From: Candidatus Obscuribacteraceae bacterium
GTDB taxonomy: Bacteria; Cyanobacteriota; Vampirovibrionia; Obscuribacterales; Obscuribacteraceae
Reading direction: 5' to 3'
Assembly (NCBI GenBank): GCA_044226015.1
Contig: JBGAHS010000012.1
Location: 32,001 to 96,000, forward strand
Length of the DNA: 64,000 bases
The first letter of the stretch is position 1. Every line of letters starts with the position of its first letter. Below, in pieces: positions 1 to 9,449 of the stretch. The translations under genes were made by a program, and so were the position numbers. Under the pieces are notes generated by a model, which had not been told where the DNA came from, did no database searches, and worked only from the letters and a program-made list of their open reading frames with translations.

Positions 1-887
1 ATCAGAACTTCAGATGCAACGCATCTTCCTCTCATCTGCGAAGTTGCTCCTACTTTGGCAGCAGCACGTGGCATGAGAGTTTGACTCATAACTGCCACAA
101 GTGAGTTCGACAACATGATGCGTACTTGTTGCTGCTGTCCATCAGGGAATACGTCGACGATACGGTCGATAGTTTGCGCGGCAGAGCTGGTGTGAAGTGT
201 TCCGAACACAAGGTGACCTGTTTCTGCAGCTGTAAGCGCAAGGCTTATAGTTTCAAGGTCACGCAACTCACCTACGAGGATGATATCTGGGTCTTCACGC
301 AGTGCGCCTCTCAGTGCGTTTGCAAAACTCTTTGTATCAGAGCCTAACTCACGCTGGCTGACAATTGATTTTTTATGTCTGTGCAAAAATTCTATCGGGT
401 CTTCAATTGTAAGAATGTGCTCTGCTCTGTTTTCGTTGATCCAGTTGATCATCGCTGCCAGGGTTGATGACTTGCCGGAACCTGTTGGTCCGGTCACCAG
501 AACAAGTCCTCTCGGTTTGTGCACCAGGTCTCTTTGCACCACCGCCGGTAGTTCCAGATCTTCCAGGTTAGGACATTGGAATGGAATAGTACGCATTGCT
601 ACTGCATAACTACCGCGGTCCTTATATACGTTCACACGAAAACGTCCCAGCCCTGACACACCATAGCTGCAGTCAAGTTCGAAAGTATTTTCCAGAGTCT
701 TTCTCTGGTCGCCGGTAAGCATTGAGAAAACCATTCTCTGAATGTCTTCTTTTTGAAGCGCATCAAATTCGCTTACCTGCAACTTACCAGAAATACGAAT
801 CATTGGAGGCAAACCTACCTTTAAGTGTAAGTCTGAGGCACCTTTGTCAACAACCAGTTGGAGAATTTCTTGTATTTCAATTGGCAT
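1..887 (-). CDS. pilT: Type IV pilus retraction ATPase PilT (3' end runs off the window)
   Basis: Not in the ORF track; translated manually from ATG 887 (RBS AGGAAG): MPIEIQEILQLVVDKGASDLHLKVGLPP...GLVLVTGPTGSGKSSTLAA...TIEDPIE...LREDPDIILVGELRD...AETGHLVFGTLHT. Directly downstream of pilB. Confidence 0.93.
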   Translation of the reverse strand, partial: MPIEIQEILQLVVDKGASDLHLKVGLPPMIRISGKLQVSEFDALQKEDIQRMVFSMLTGDQRKTLENTFELDCSYGVSGLGRFRVNVYKDRGSYAVAMRTIPFQCPNLEDLELPAVVQRDLVHKPRGLVLVTGPTGSGKSSTLAAMINWINENRAEHILTIEDPIEFLHRHKKSIVSQRELGSDTKSFANALRGALREDPDIILVGELRDLETISLALTAAETGHLVFGTLHTSSAAQTIDRIVDVFPDGQQQQVRIMLSNSLVAVMSQTLMPRAAAKVGATSQMRGRCVASEVL

Positions 888-939
888 TGTTCTGCTTCCT
901 TATATATGCCATAACCAATCTGAACCTTCGAACTATTTA

Positions 940-3012
940 TCAGCCTGCCGCGACGGCGCTCTTCTTGAAGTCGCGTTCGGTCTGGCAGTACGGGCACCGT
1001 TTCCATGACCCATACACCTCCGCTTCGCAACAGGGGCAGACGTGGTCTAGTTGCGCCTCCTCATGAGACAAGCCGCATTTAGCGCATGATGCCCAGGTTT
1101 CCTCTTGCAAGGTTCCGCAACGTTGGCATGATTTTTTCAGCTCATGTTGACAGAATGGGCATTTGATAAAGTCGTCGCCGATAGGGTTTCGGCATTTGGG
1201 GCAGAGAACTTCTTCGCCTCCGGTGTCTGAGATGGTGACGCGAATACACTCTTCTGGCGTGGTCATGCCCTGAGCAACCAATCGCAAGCTGTATTCTTTT
1301 AGTGGAACCATTCCCGCTTGCTTGGCAGCAAAGCGAAGCATGGCAGTTGATGAGCCTTTTGCGATGTGGTCGCGCAGGTCATCATTTAATCGCATAACCT
1401 CGTAGCAGCCAACTCGTCCGCGATAGCCGCCGCCATTGCAGTTGTCGCAACCTTTTCCTCGGAAGAAAATTGGCCATCCTTTATCATTCAAATTGAATTT
1501 ATAGAATTGGACAGTTGTATCTGCCATCACTTCCTGGTTTGCATCCATCAATCCCAGGTATTCAAGGATGTTTCTATCTGGAAGATATTCTTCTTTGCAC
1601 TCGCTGCAAATTCTGCGCACAAGACGCTGAGCGATAATTCCAATCGTTGCAGAAGATATAAGGAAGCGTTCTACTTCCATTTCCTCAAGACGTGAAACAG
1701 CTCCTGGTGCATCGTTGGTGTGAAGTGTGGTGAACACAAGGTGACCTGTCAGTGCCGCTTCTACCGCGATTTTTGCTGTTTCTTTGTCACGAGTTTCTCC
1801 GACGAGCATGATATCGGGGTCTTGACGCAAGAAGGCTCTGAGAATTCTTGCAAAGTCCATTCCCTTTTCTCTAATGACCTGCACCTGCGTGATGCCAGAC
1901 ATGTCGTACTCTATTGGGTCTTCGGCTGTGACGATGTTTACGTCTGGAGAATTTCTTTCGGCAAGTGCTGAGTACAAAGTCGTAGTTTTTCCAGAACCTG
2001 TAGGACCGGTCACAAAGATGATTCCGTAAGGCTTTGCGATCATGTCCATGATTGTGTTCATCGCATCAGGGTCGGTGATCAATTTGTTGAGACCAATCTG
2101 CGTATTTGATTTGTCCAAAATACGCATAACAACCTTTTCGCCAAACTTGGCTGGCAGTGTGGAGACACGGAAGTCGATGTCGCGTCCTGAAAGACGAACT
2201 CTGATACGACCGTCCTGTGGCAATCTTCTTTCTGCAATGTCGAGGTCTGCCATAACTTTCAGACGCGAGACGAGCGCAGGTAAAATTGGTTTTGGAAGTT
2301 TACGATCTAGCTGCAAGACACCATCTCTTCTGAAGCGAATTGCAACTTCCTTTTCATGCGGTTCGACGTGAATATCTGAGATTCTGTTCTTGATTGCTTT
2401 GGCCAAAATCTGGTTGGCAAGCATGATGATTGGCGCATCGCCAGCTTGTTTTTCAAGGTCTTCTTCTTTCACATCGTCGAGGTCTTGCAGCACATCCATG
2501 GTGCTGAGGTCGACTTCTTTGTCGATAAATTCTTCTGCCGCCTGGTCATCTGCAGATTTTTTCTCGTTCAGATGCTTGCTGTAAATCGTTTCCATAAACG
2601 ATTGGAAGTCATCTTCTGTGCAGACTGACAGTTTGACCTGCATGCCTTTGAGGCGCATCTTGATGTCGTCTAGCGCCATGAGGTTGTTCGGGTTGACCAT
2701 CGCGAGTGTGACGCGATTGCCATCTTTCACTATCGGCACAAGTTGGTGCTGGCGCATCAACGCTTCAGGTAGAAGTGCCAGACACTCAGGCGGAGGTGGT
2801 TCAACTTTGGCAAGCGGAGTGTAATTCACTCCGTACTGCAATTCGAGCGCATTTTTGACCTGATTTTCACTGGCCAGTCCTAAACGGGACAAAATGAGGC
2901 TTACTGGTTCGCCAGTCTTCTCGCGCTCAACCTGTACCTGTTGCCATTGTTCTGGAGAGATCAGTCCGTTTTCAACTAACAGTTCCCCAATCTCTTTCTT
3001 GACAAGCGCCAT
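940..3012 (-). CDS. pilB: Type IV pilus assembly ATPase PilB/GspE with C-terminal zinc-ribbon extension
   Basis: SDIHVEP, ERRLPQDGR, Walker A GPTGSGKT, LRQDPDIMLVGE, TLHTND, tetracysteine motif; six additional CxxC motifs at the C-terminus. Confidence 0.95.
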   Translation of the reverse strand: MALVKKEIGELLVENGLISPEQWQQVQVEREKTGEPVSLILSRLGLASENQVKNALELQYGVNYTPLAKVEPPPPECLALLPEALMRQHQLVPIVKDGNRVTLAMVNPNNLMALDDIKMRLKGMQVKLSVCTEDDFQSFMETIYSKHLNEKKSADDQAAEEFIDKEVDLSTMDVLQDLDDVKEEDLEKQAGDAPIIMLANQILAKAIKNRISDIHVEPHEKEVAIRFRRDGVLQLDRKLPKPILPALVSRLKVMADLDIAERRLPQDGRIRVRLSGRDIDFRVSTLPAKFGEKVVMRILDKSNTQIGLNKLITDPDAMNTIMDMIAKPYGIIFVTGPTGSGKTTTLYSALAERNSPDVNIVTAEDPIEYDMSGITQVQVIREKGMDFARILRAFLRQDPDIMLVGETRDKETAKIAVEAALTGHLVFTTLHTNDAPGAVSRLEEMEVERFLISSATIGIIAQRLVRRICSECKEEYLPDRNILEYLGLMDANQEVMADTTVQFYKFNLNDKGWPIFFRGKGCDNCNGGGYRGRVGCYEVMRLNDDLRDHIAKGSSTAMLRFAAKQAGMVPLKEYSLRLVAQGMTTPEECIRVTISDTGGEEVLCPKCRNPIGDDFIKCPFCQHELKKSCQRCGTLQEETWASCAKCGLSHEEAQLDHVCPCCEAEVYGSWKRCPYCQTERDFKKSAVAAG

Positions 3013-3077
3013 TACTACGATCTCCTCAACCCGCTTCCTGATTTACCCTCTTAGTCGACAATGCAAAACCTACCAGG

Positions 3078-3237
3078 AGAGATTTTGCTGCCAAGTCTGT
3101 ATGCGGGTAGCAGCTATGCTCCCGCCCCACGTATGGTGGGTCCCTTGGTGTTGTGCCCTATGCCACAGCGAACTAAACCCATCGAACTTGCGCTTGATTG
3201 CCGCTTTTGACGGAAACCCTGCACTGGCAAGAGACTT
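3078..3237 (+). ncRNA. Putative 6S-like structured RNA
   Basis: About 160 nt intergenic; ends pair (TGCCAAGT/ACTGGCA); apical stems GGTGGGT/ACCCATC and TGTTGTG/CACAGCG need G-U pairs on the + strand; 3' part resembles cyanobacterial 6S as I recall it. Confidence 0.45.
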
Positions 3238-3418
3238 GTAAGTTGATTTTTCAAACAATGAAAAAGTCCATTCTTCCTTGAGTCTGCTATGTTTTGTTCT
3301 GTCTGCAAGTATCTAGGTGTCGGTGATAAATACAGAAGACATGCTTCGTATGCCGTTTTGAATACTTACAACTACGAGCCAACGTGCCTATAATAGCTGC
3401 AATTGGAAGGCATTATTC

Positions 3419-4936
3419 GTGAATAAGCGAAAAGAGTACATCGGTTTTTGTCTGATAATTATTCTGGCTGCCGTGTTGCGCTTCGCTGGTATCAGTTTCG
3501 ATAGTCTCTGGCTTGACGAAGGCTATCAGAGTCTGGTCGGGGCTTATGGGCATGGTGCGCCTGACTTCTCCATTGCTGAGCCGAAAAATTTTCTTTTCAA
3601 ATTTGAGAATGCTGCGCCGCCATCGGCGGTGCTATCAAATTTCAGAAAAGTCGACCCGCTTTGTCCTCCACTTTACGCTCTGCTGCTCAATCGTTGGCTT
3701 ACGATTGTAGGCGATTCAGACCTTCAAATTCGGGCTCTATCTCTACTGATTTCGACTTCATCAATTGCTGCTCTTATGCTTTTTGCCCGGGCTTTGTTCG
3801 GCTGGAACGTGGCTTTGCTAGCCGGACTTCTCCAGGCTGTCTCACCATTTGATATCCACTACGCGCAGGAAGCGCGAATGTACAGCTTGGTTGTGTTGAA
3901 TGCTGTTCTTTCAGGTGGCAGCTTGCTTTGCTTCCTGAAAAATGAATTGCAAAATAAACGAGACTATCTTGTGCTGGTATTGTATTCGGTATCAACGTTC
4001 GCGCTAGTGAACTCCCACTACACTGGTCTCTTCCTGGCTTTAACAGAGGGTATCTCTGTTCTTGCCTACACTTTATTTTGTAAGAAGTGGAAGCTACTAT
4101 TAGCCTATTTACTAGCATGTTTTTTCACAGCGATAATGTGCCTGCCGTGGCTTCCTTTGTTCTTGCAATCAGCATCTTCGCGCAAAGAGTCTTTCTATGT
4201 GGCACGCGAGGCAAACCTGATCTGGCCATTTAAGGCACTGCTGAGGGTCTTTGTGAACTGGTTGGTGTTCTTGTCAGGGCAGCGAGTAGTGGCATATGCC
4301 GCGCCTCTCTACGTTAGCTCTGCTGTCATGCTAATCGCCTCGGCATATGGCGCTGCCAGAGTTCAACTTGAGGAACGTCGCTGGCTTCTCTCTTTGTTCG
4401 TCTGGGCTTTGCTTCCAGCTCTGGGAATTTGGCTGGTCGATTTAATCGAAAATCACAAAGTGGTCGAGGTTTCTCGATATCTGATCTTCACCGCGCCTGC
4501 CGTTTACCTTCTTGCGGCCTGGGGCTATCAGCATCTCAGATTGCTCCGCAAGCCTTTTCTTGTCTTGCTTTATCTTCACCTTATCTTTGCTTCTGTGAAC
4601 CTCTACTACACTCACACTGTTCATCAGCGTGAACCCTGGCAAGAAATGGCAAAGAAAGTGGACGAGCTGGTACCTGAAGATCAAACTCTTGTTATCAGTC
4701 AGTACTATGATATTGCTTGTCTAGATCGTTATCTGACCCGCCCCAGAGTTCAAATGGGAATCAGCCCCTCCATGGGCAATGAGTCCATAGTCTCGTGTTT
4801 ACAAAAGCTGGACAGCTTTGCACTTCTTAGCGCACAAGATGGAGAGTCGGTAACGGGCATGATTCCAGCATCTTTCAAGCTTAAGCAGAAAGTCGATATG
4901 TCCCATGGGTTGCACCTTCGCCTTTATGAAAGATAG
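3419..4936 (+). CDS. GT-C fold membrane glycosyltransferase (family 39/PMT-like)
   Basis: SLWLDE, PPLY, YAQEARMYSL motifs; many transmembrane segments. Confidence 0.85.
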   Translation: MNKRKEYIGFCLIIILAAVLRFAGISFDSLWLDEGYQSLVGAYGHGAPDFSIAEPKNFLFKFENAAPPSAVLSNFRKVDPLCPPLYALLLNRWLTIVGDSDLQIRALSLLISTSSIAALMLFARALFGWNVALLAGLLQAVSPFDIHYAQEARMYSLVVLNAVLSGGSLLCFLKNELQNKRDYLVLVLYSVSTFALVNSHYTGLFLALTEGISVLAYTLFCKKWKLLLAYLLACFFTAIMCLPWLPLFLQSASSRKESFYVAREANLIWPFKALLRVFVNWLVFLSGQRVVAYAAPLYVSSAVMLIASAYGAARVQLEERRWLLSLFVWALLPALGIWLVDLIENHKVVEVSRYLIFTAPAVYLLAAWGYQHLRLLRKPFLVLLYLHLIFASVNLYYTHTVHQREPWQEMAKKVDELVPEDQTLVISQYYDIACLDRYLTRPRVQMGISPSMGNESIVSCLQKLDSFALLSAQDGESVTGMIPASFKLKQKVDMSHGLHLRLYER

Positions 4937-4996
4937 TGCCGGGTAAAGATTCCCAAGACGGGGTAAAACATATAGGTCATGGAGAATGACTGAACA

Positions 4997-6703
4997 ATGA
5001 AGAGCACTCAAGAACGTCCGGAAGCCTTATTAGGCAAGACAATTGCTGATCGATACCTCCTGGAAGAAATTATCGGACAGGGCGGTATAGGCGTGGTTTA
5101 CAAGGCAAAGCACACTTTGATGAACAGAATAGTGGCAATCAAGATGCTGCGCTCTGAAAGTTTGCGCGACGAACGGAATCGACAACGATTTCAACAGGAA
5201 GCCCAAGCGATCAGCTCGATGAATCATCCAAACATTGTCTCTGTTTTTGACTTTGGCTTCACTCCGGACAATTCAGCCTTTCTCGTAATGGATTATCTGG
5301 ACGGAAAAGATCTGGACACCTTGATTCAAGAGCAGGGCTATTTGACGCCCGAAGAAGTGGTGCCAATTTTTACTCAAATTTGTGATGCAATGACTCGTAC
5401 TCATGAACAAGGCATTATTCACAGAGACTTGAAACCTGGCAACATTATTGTAGTGAAGAAGGATGGTGCCAAGCCAGAAGCGAAGCTCGTAGACTTCGGC
5501 ATGGTCAAATTTGAAACTCAAACCGGACGCCAGGCCCAAGCCCTAACGCAGGCTGGTGAAGTATTCGGAAGTCCCTACTATATGAGTCCTGAGCAGTGTA
5601 CAGGTCTCAAGCTCGACGCGCGTTCTGACATTTACTCGATGGGCGTGTTGATGTATGAGGCTGTGACAGGGCGTCCGCCGTTTCTTGCAGCAAATATGGC
5701 GGAAATGGCCCAGATGCATTTGTATGAAAAGCCAGATCCCATCGGTGCTGTAATCAATGACTCTGAGTTTCCGCAGCTCATGGAAAATATTATTTTCAAG
5801 TCGCTGGAAAAGAACGTCAATGACAGATATCAAAGTTCAGAGGAATTGAAGCAGGCTTTGCTTAATTTCAACAAGTTTTGGCTGGATAAGAACACGGCTG
5901 TGAAGCCTGTCTCCTTGCGGCAGACCACAACGTCACGCTATATGAAAGATGAGATTCTTGCTGCAATCAAAGCTGCCGCAGACCAGAAGGAAGCTGAACA
6001 GGCTGCATCTAAGAGTGCGCCGACGGCTCCTGTAGCTGCTTCAACTCCTGCTGCATCGCAAGCGGCATCATCGGGCGCTCAGAAAAACAACAATCAACTA
6101 TTAATGCTGCTGGGTGGAGTCATCTTAGGAGGTTGTATTGCAATTGCGGCATTCTTGTTCTTAGGAAAAAGTCCAGAACAAGGTAATGGTACTGGCAGTG
6201 GTGGCAAGCGCTGGCAAGACCTAGATGCCTCTGGTCAGGTTGCTCTGATGTCGGGTAACCTTGCTGATGCTGAACAGGCTTTTAGTCAGGCTGTTAAACT
6301 GGCAGCAGCTCAAAATGAAAATAACAACCCAGCTTTAACTGCAACTCTCACTGGCTTAGCAAAAGTCTACGAGAAGGAAGGCAAGTTTGACATGGCTGAG
6401 AATGTATACAAACAGACCATAGAAAAAGTTGAAAAGTCTGATGGAGCCAATTCAGCTAATCTGGCACCGCTTCTAGTTAGTCTCGGTAAGTTGTACAGCT
6501 CGACTGATAGATTTAAAGAAGCAGAAACAGTTCATCAACGAGCAATTTCCATTCTCGAAAGCTCTTTCGGGCATGATGACCCACGCATTCTTGATTGTCT
6601 TGATGTTTATGCGCAAACAAAGCGGAAGCAGGGGCAAACCAAAGAAGCTGACGCTGTTGAAGCCCGTGCAAACAAGATTCGCAAGTCGCAACAAGCCAAG
6701 TGA
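4997..6703 (+). CDS. Hanks-type Ser/Thr kinase, one TM helix, C-terminal TPRs
   Basis: GQGGIG, VAIK, HRDLKPGN, DFG, GSPYYMSPEQ; hydrophobic LLMLLGGVILGGCIAIAAFLFL; TPR-like helices. Confidence 0.93.
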   Translation: MKSTQERPEALLGKTIADRYLLEEIIGQGGIGVVYKAKHTLMNRIVAIKMLRSESLRDERNRQRFQQEAQAISSMNHPNIVSVFDFGFTPDNSAFLVMDYLDGKDLDTLIQEQGYLTPEEVVPIFTQICDAMTRTHEQGIIHRDLKPGNIIVVKKDGAKPEAKLVDFGMVKFETQTGRQAQALTQAGEVFGSPYYMSPEQCTGLKLDARSDIYSMGVLMYEAVTGRPPFLAANMAEMAQMHLYEKPDPIGAVINDSEFPQLMENIIFKSLEKNVNDRYQSSEELKQALLNFNKFWLDKNTAVKPVSLRQTTTSRYMKDEILAAIKAAADQKEAEQAASKSAPTAPVAASTPAASQAASSGAQKNNNQLLMLLGGVILGGCIAIAAFLFLGKSPEQGNGTGSGGKRWQDLDASGQVALMSGNLADAEQAFSQAVKLAAAQNENNNPALTATLTGLAKVYEKEGKFDMAENVYKQTIEKVEKSDGANSANLAPLLVSLGKLYSSTDRFKEAETVHQRAISILESSFGHDDPRILDCLDVYAQTKRKQGQTKEADAVEARANKIRKSQQAK

Positions 6704-6714
6704 GCTAGGCATTC

Positions 6715-8223
6715 ATGGCTGATGAACGTGCAACTGATCTTCAGAAAGAAGAACAAAAACTGAGCACTACTGAAGCCAGCCAACTCAAAGAAGAGCAAGA
6801 AAATGCTGCGAAGATAGTGCTGGCATCTGAGCCTAGCGACTCAAATCGCGAACTTTCTGCGGATGCTTCCTCGCTCGCGAAGAATCCCGTGGATCCAAAT
6901 GCGCAGGGGACGGAAGCTGAAAAGAATTCCTCGGACGGGGCGGGTAGCTCAAATCCAATTGACCCGGGCGCTGCACAAGACCATTTCTTCAAAGCATCTA
7001 TCAGTCATCAAATTTTGACCCTGGTCGGCGCCGGTTTTCTGTGCTTCGAATTTATTTTCTTGTATATGTATTTTGACTCTTTCTGGTTTGCTGTAGACCT
7101 CAGCACTTACGGGCTAATCACCATCCTTATTGCAGTTGCAATAGCTCATTGCCTTCTTACATTTGCAGAATCTGATTTCTTCGCCAATCGAATGTTCCTT
7201 CTGTTAAAAGGTCGTCCGGGTGCGGTTTATCGTAAGTGGATCAAGTTAGAGAAGGACTTCCTGGTCTTTGGAGTCCGACGGGTGAATTTGAGCACCATTG
7301 ATGAACTCGAGCTGAGTTGGTTCGGTAATCTAATTGTAAAAACTCGCACCATATGTGGTGCTGCCGCGAAACAGCCTGATGTCGTATTGAAGATACCATT
7401 TGCGGCCGGAAGTTTTGCCGCCCAAGAGGAACTACTGCGGCGCATCAGGGCTCATCGACCTGAGCTCGTCGTCAATAAAAAATTGAAAGAGCGAAATGTT
7501 ACATGGCAGCAGGGAACTCAGATTACTCAGCTCGTGACTGCTGGATTGATGACACTGCTGCTTCTGGATGTTGGCTTCTCTTCGTTCTATTATTTGGAGC
7601 TTCTGAAGCACTTCTATCTGGCTGAAACCGCTTTGTTGCTCAATCATACTGACGATGCTAATGCGCATTTTTTGCGAGCAGAGCAGTTGCGTACACATCC
7701 TCTGCCTGTCTCCTGGGTGAGTTCCAAATTTCTAAAGAGTTCAACAGTTGCTGCCGGCATTTGGGAGCAGCGTGCGCGAATTTTGTGGCTTCAAGGAAAG
7801 CATGAGGAAGCCCTCGATAACAGCAAAAAATCTGTGGCAGAAGCACCGACGAATTTGCGACACCGACTTTACCAGACCCGGTTGTTGGAAGCTGAGAATA
7901 AAGTTGGAGATTCAGACGAGCAACTAGAGCAGATTTTGAAGGACCACAAACACAGCCTTTTGCCCCGTCTCTATCTTTTGGCTATCGCAAAACAAAGAAA
8001 CCCTGACTCGCTCTCGGCAAAATATAAGGAGCAGTTGGACAAATGCTATGAAGATACATTTGAAAATGAGCCGCAGTGGCCGCCCGGCGGCAACCGACAC
8101 TTTGTAGAACTGTTTTATAGTGACGACGTGATCTTTCTTCTAGATCGCTATCTAGGAACCGGGTACACTCCTCCCGTGTATGAGGAGCCCGGCGCTCCCG
8201 AGAAAGAAGCGAAGAAAGAATAG
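6715..8223 (+). CDS. Hypothetical membrane protein with TPR-like C-terminal region
   Basis: 502-aa ORF 11 bp after the kinase; about three hydrophobic segments, acidic N-terminus. Confidence 0.7.
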   Translation: MADERATDLQKEEQKLSTTEASQLKEEQENAAKIVLASEPSDSNRELSADASSLAKNPVDPNAQGTEAEKNSSDGAGSSNPIDPGAAQDHFFKASISHQILTLVGAGFLCFEFIFLYMYFDSFWFAVDLSTYGLITILIAVAIAHCLLTFAESDFFANRMFLLLKGRPGAVYRKWIKLEKDFLVFGVRRVNLSTIDELELSWFGNLIVKTRTICGAAAKQPDVVLKIPFAAGSFAAQEELLRRIRAHRPELVVNKKLKERNVTWQQGTQITQLVTAGLMTLLLLDVGFSSFYYLELLKHFYLAETALLLNHTDDANAHFLRAEQLRTHPLPVSWVSSKFLKSSTVAAGIWEQRARILWLQGKHEEALDNSKKSVAEAPTNLRHRLYQTRLLEAENKVGDSDEQLEQILKDHKHSLLPRLYLLAIAKQRNPDSLSAKYKEQLDKCYEDTFENEPQWPPGGNRHFVELFYSDDVIFLLDRYLGTGYTPPVYEEPGAPEKEAKKE

Positions 8224-8242
8224 CTGCTCGTTCTAAGCTAGA

Positions 8243-9235
8243 TTATCTTCTCGTTCCAGGAGCATAGGGGCGCTCGCTTCCCGGCTTGAGCTTGAAGTAA
8301 TTTATTACACCTTGCGCGATGTGCTTGGCTTCGGTTTCCTGCCATCTTTGATTTGACATGAATTGCTTGTCGCGTCCGTTTTGCACATTTGCTCCCTCAA
8401 CGAGAATTCCAATAGTGTTCACGCCTCTAAGCCCTATAAGCTTTCCGTTGTGAGTTACGGTGTCGGGATTAATGCATGCAGGAGCGTTTTCTCTGTTTCG
8501 AACATTCCATGCAGCTTTCTGTATAGTCTGAGCAAGCGTCATCGATTCATTTCGCTTGGGTTCGGCGTAATAGACGCACTGACCGCTTTCTCCAGAGCTA
8601 TCGTTATCGTGGTGAATGCTGATGTAAATTGAGTCTGCTTTTGTTCGAGCAATATCTGAATTGACGACGTTGTTTCTTCTTGCAAGGTCTTCTTGTTTGG
8701 AAATTGGCGCCGGTGGACGTTCAGGGTCCCATGTTGGAATAACTCTAAAACCGGCTGACTTGAGGTCGCTAATCAAAAATTTGCCAACAGCTTTGTTGAT
8801 CTGGCACTCATTGTAAGCGTCAGACTGAAAGCCTTTGTCAATGTTTTCAGAGTCTTTGCTGGTGCAATGACCTATATCAACATAAACGGTTTTGCCATTT
8901 GCAGCGGTCTGATTGTTTTCCTTTCCTGGGTTGAGCTTAAAGTCGGGAAGGACGGGTTGTGGTCGTGAAGTTCCAGGTCGCTGGTCTCTAGGATCAACCT
9001 TTGGTTCTACTTTTGGAGGTTCTAGCTTTTGTGGTTCTACCTTAGGTGGGTCAATTCTGAGTTGGGGCAATCCCTCAACTTGTTTTGGTGGGTCTTTCTT
9101 CTCGAAAGGTGAGTTGCGAAGATGTGGGTAGTCCTGCGGTGTTGCTACAGCGTTACAGACACTGTCGCCAATGCCCATTTGCTTTGCATAAGCGCAGAGC
9201 GCATCATCTTTCTTTGACTCAAAATTCTCGCCCAT
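8243..9235 (-). CDS. N-acetylmuramoyl-L-alanine amidase (Amidase_3) with Pro-rich N-terminal linker
   Basis: VYVDIGH, NECQIN, SIHHD, LVEG zinc/catalytic pattern; ATG 9235 preferred as start. Confidence 0.8.
   Translation of the reverse strand: MGENFESKKDDALCAYAKQMGIGDSVCNAVATPQDYPHLRNSPFEKKDPPKQVEGLPQLRIDPPKVEPQKLEPPKVEPKVDPRDQRPGTSRPQPVLPDFKLNPGKENNQTAANGKTVYVDIGHCTSKDSENIDKGFQSDAYNECQINKAVGKFLISDLKSAGFRVIPTWDPERPPAPISKQEDLARRNNVVNSDIARTKADSIYISIHHDNDSSGESGQCVYYAEPKRNESMTLAQTIQKAAWNVRNRENAPACINPDTVTHNGKLIGLRGVNTIGILVEGANVQNGRDKQFMSNQRWQETEAKHIAQGVINYFKLKPGSERPYAPGTRR
8991..9052 (-). repeat. Short coding repeat, (P)PKVEP-like
   Basis: DPPKVEPQKLEPPKVEPKVDP in the amidase linker. Confidence 0.6.
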
Positions 9236-9449
9236 GAAATTTTTCCAATAAACCCGATAAGCTAACAATAATAGGTATTGGCTTGAACGGAAATGCGGAA
9301 ATCACCTTAGAGAAATGCACAATTATGCAGCTGCATTTCCTGAAGAATAAAGGAATGGCGCCACTCCAATTTTCATTCGGTTTTCATGCTTGTTTCATAT
9401 ACTCAGATTCTCCTGCTGGCGGCAGATAGACGATAACGAGATAAATACA

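Noticed and set aside
126..1066. Plus-strand ORFs of 73-114 aa
   Set aside because: Antisense shadows of pilT and pilB.
3078..3237. c-di-GMP-I riboswitch upstream of pilB
   Set aside because: GYAAA, GNRA and GCAAAGC signature elements not found on the minus strand.
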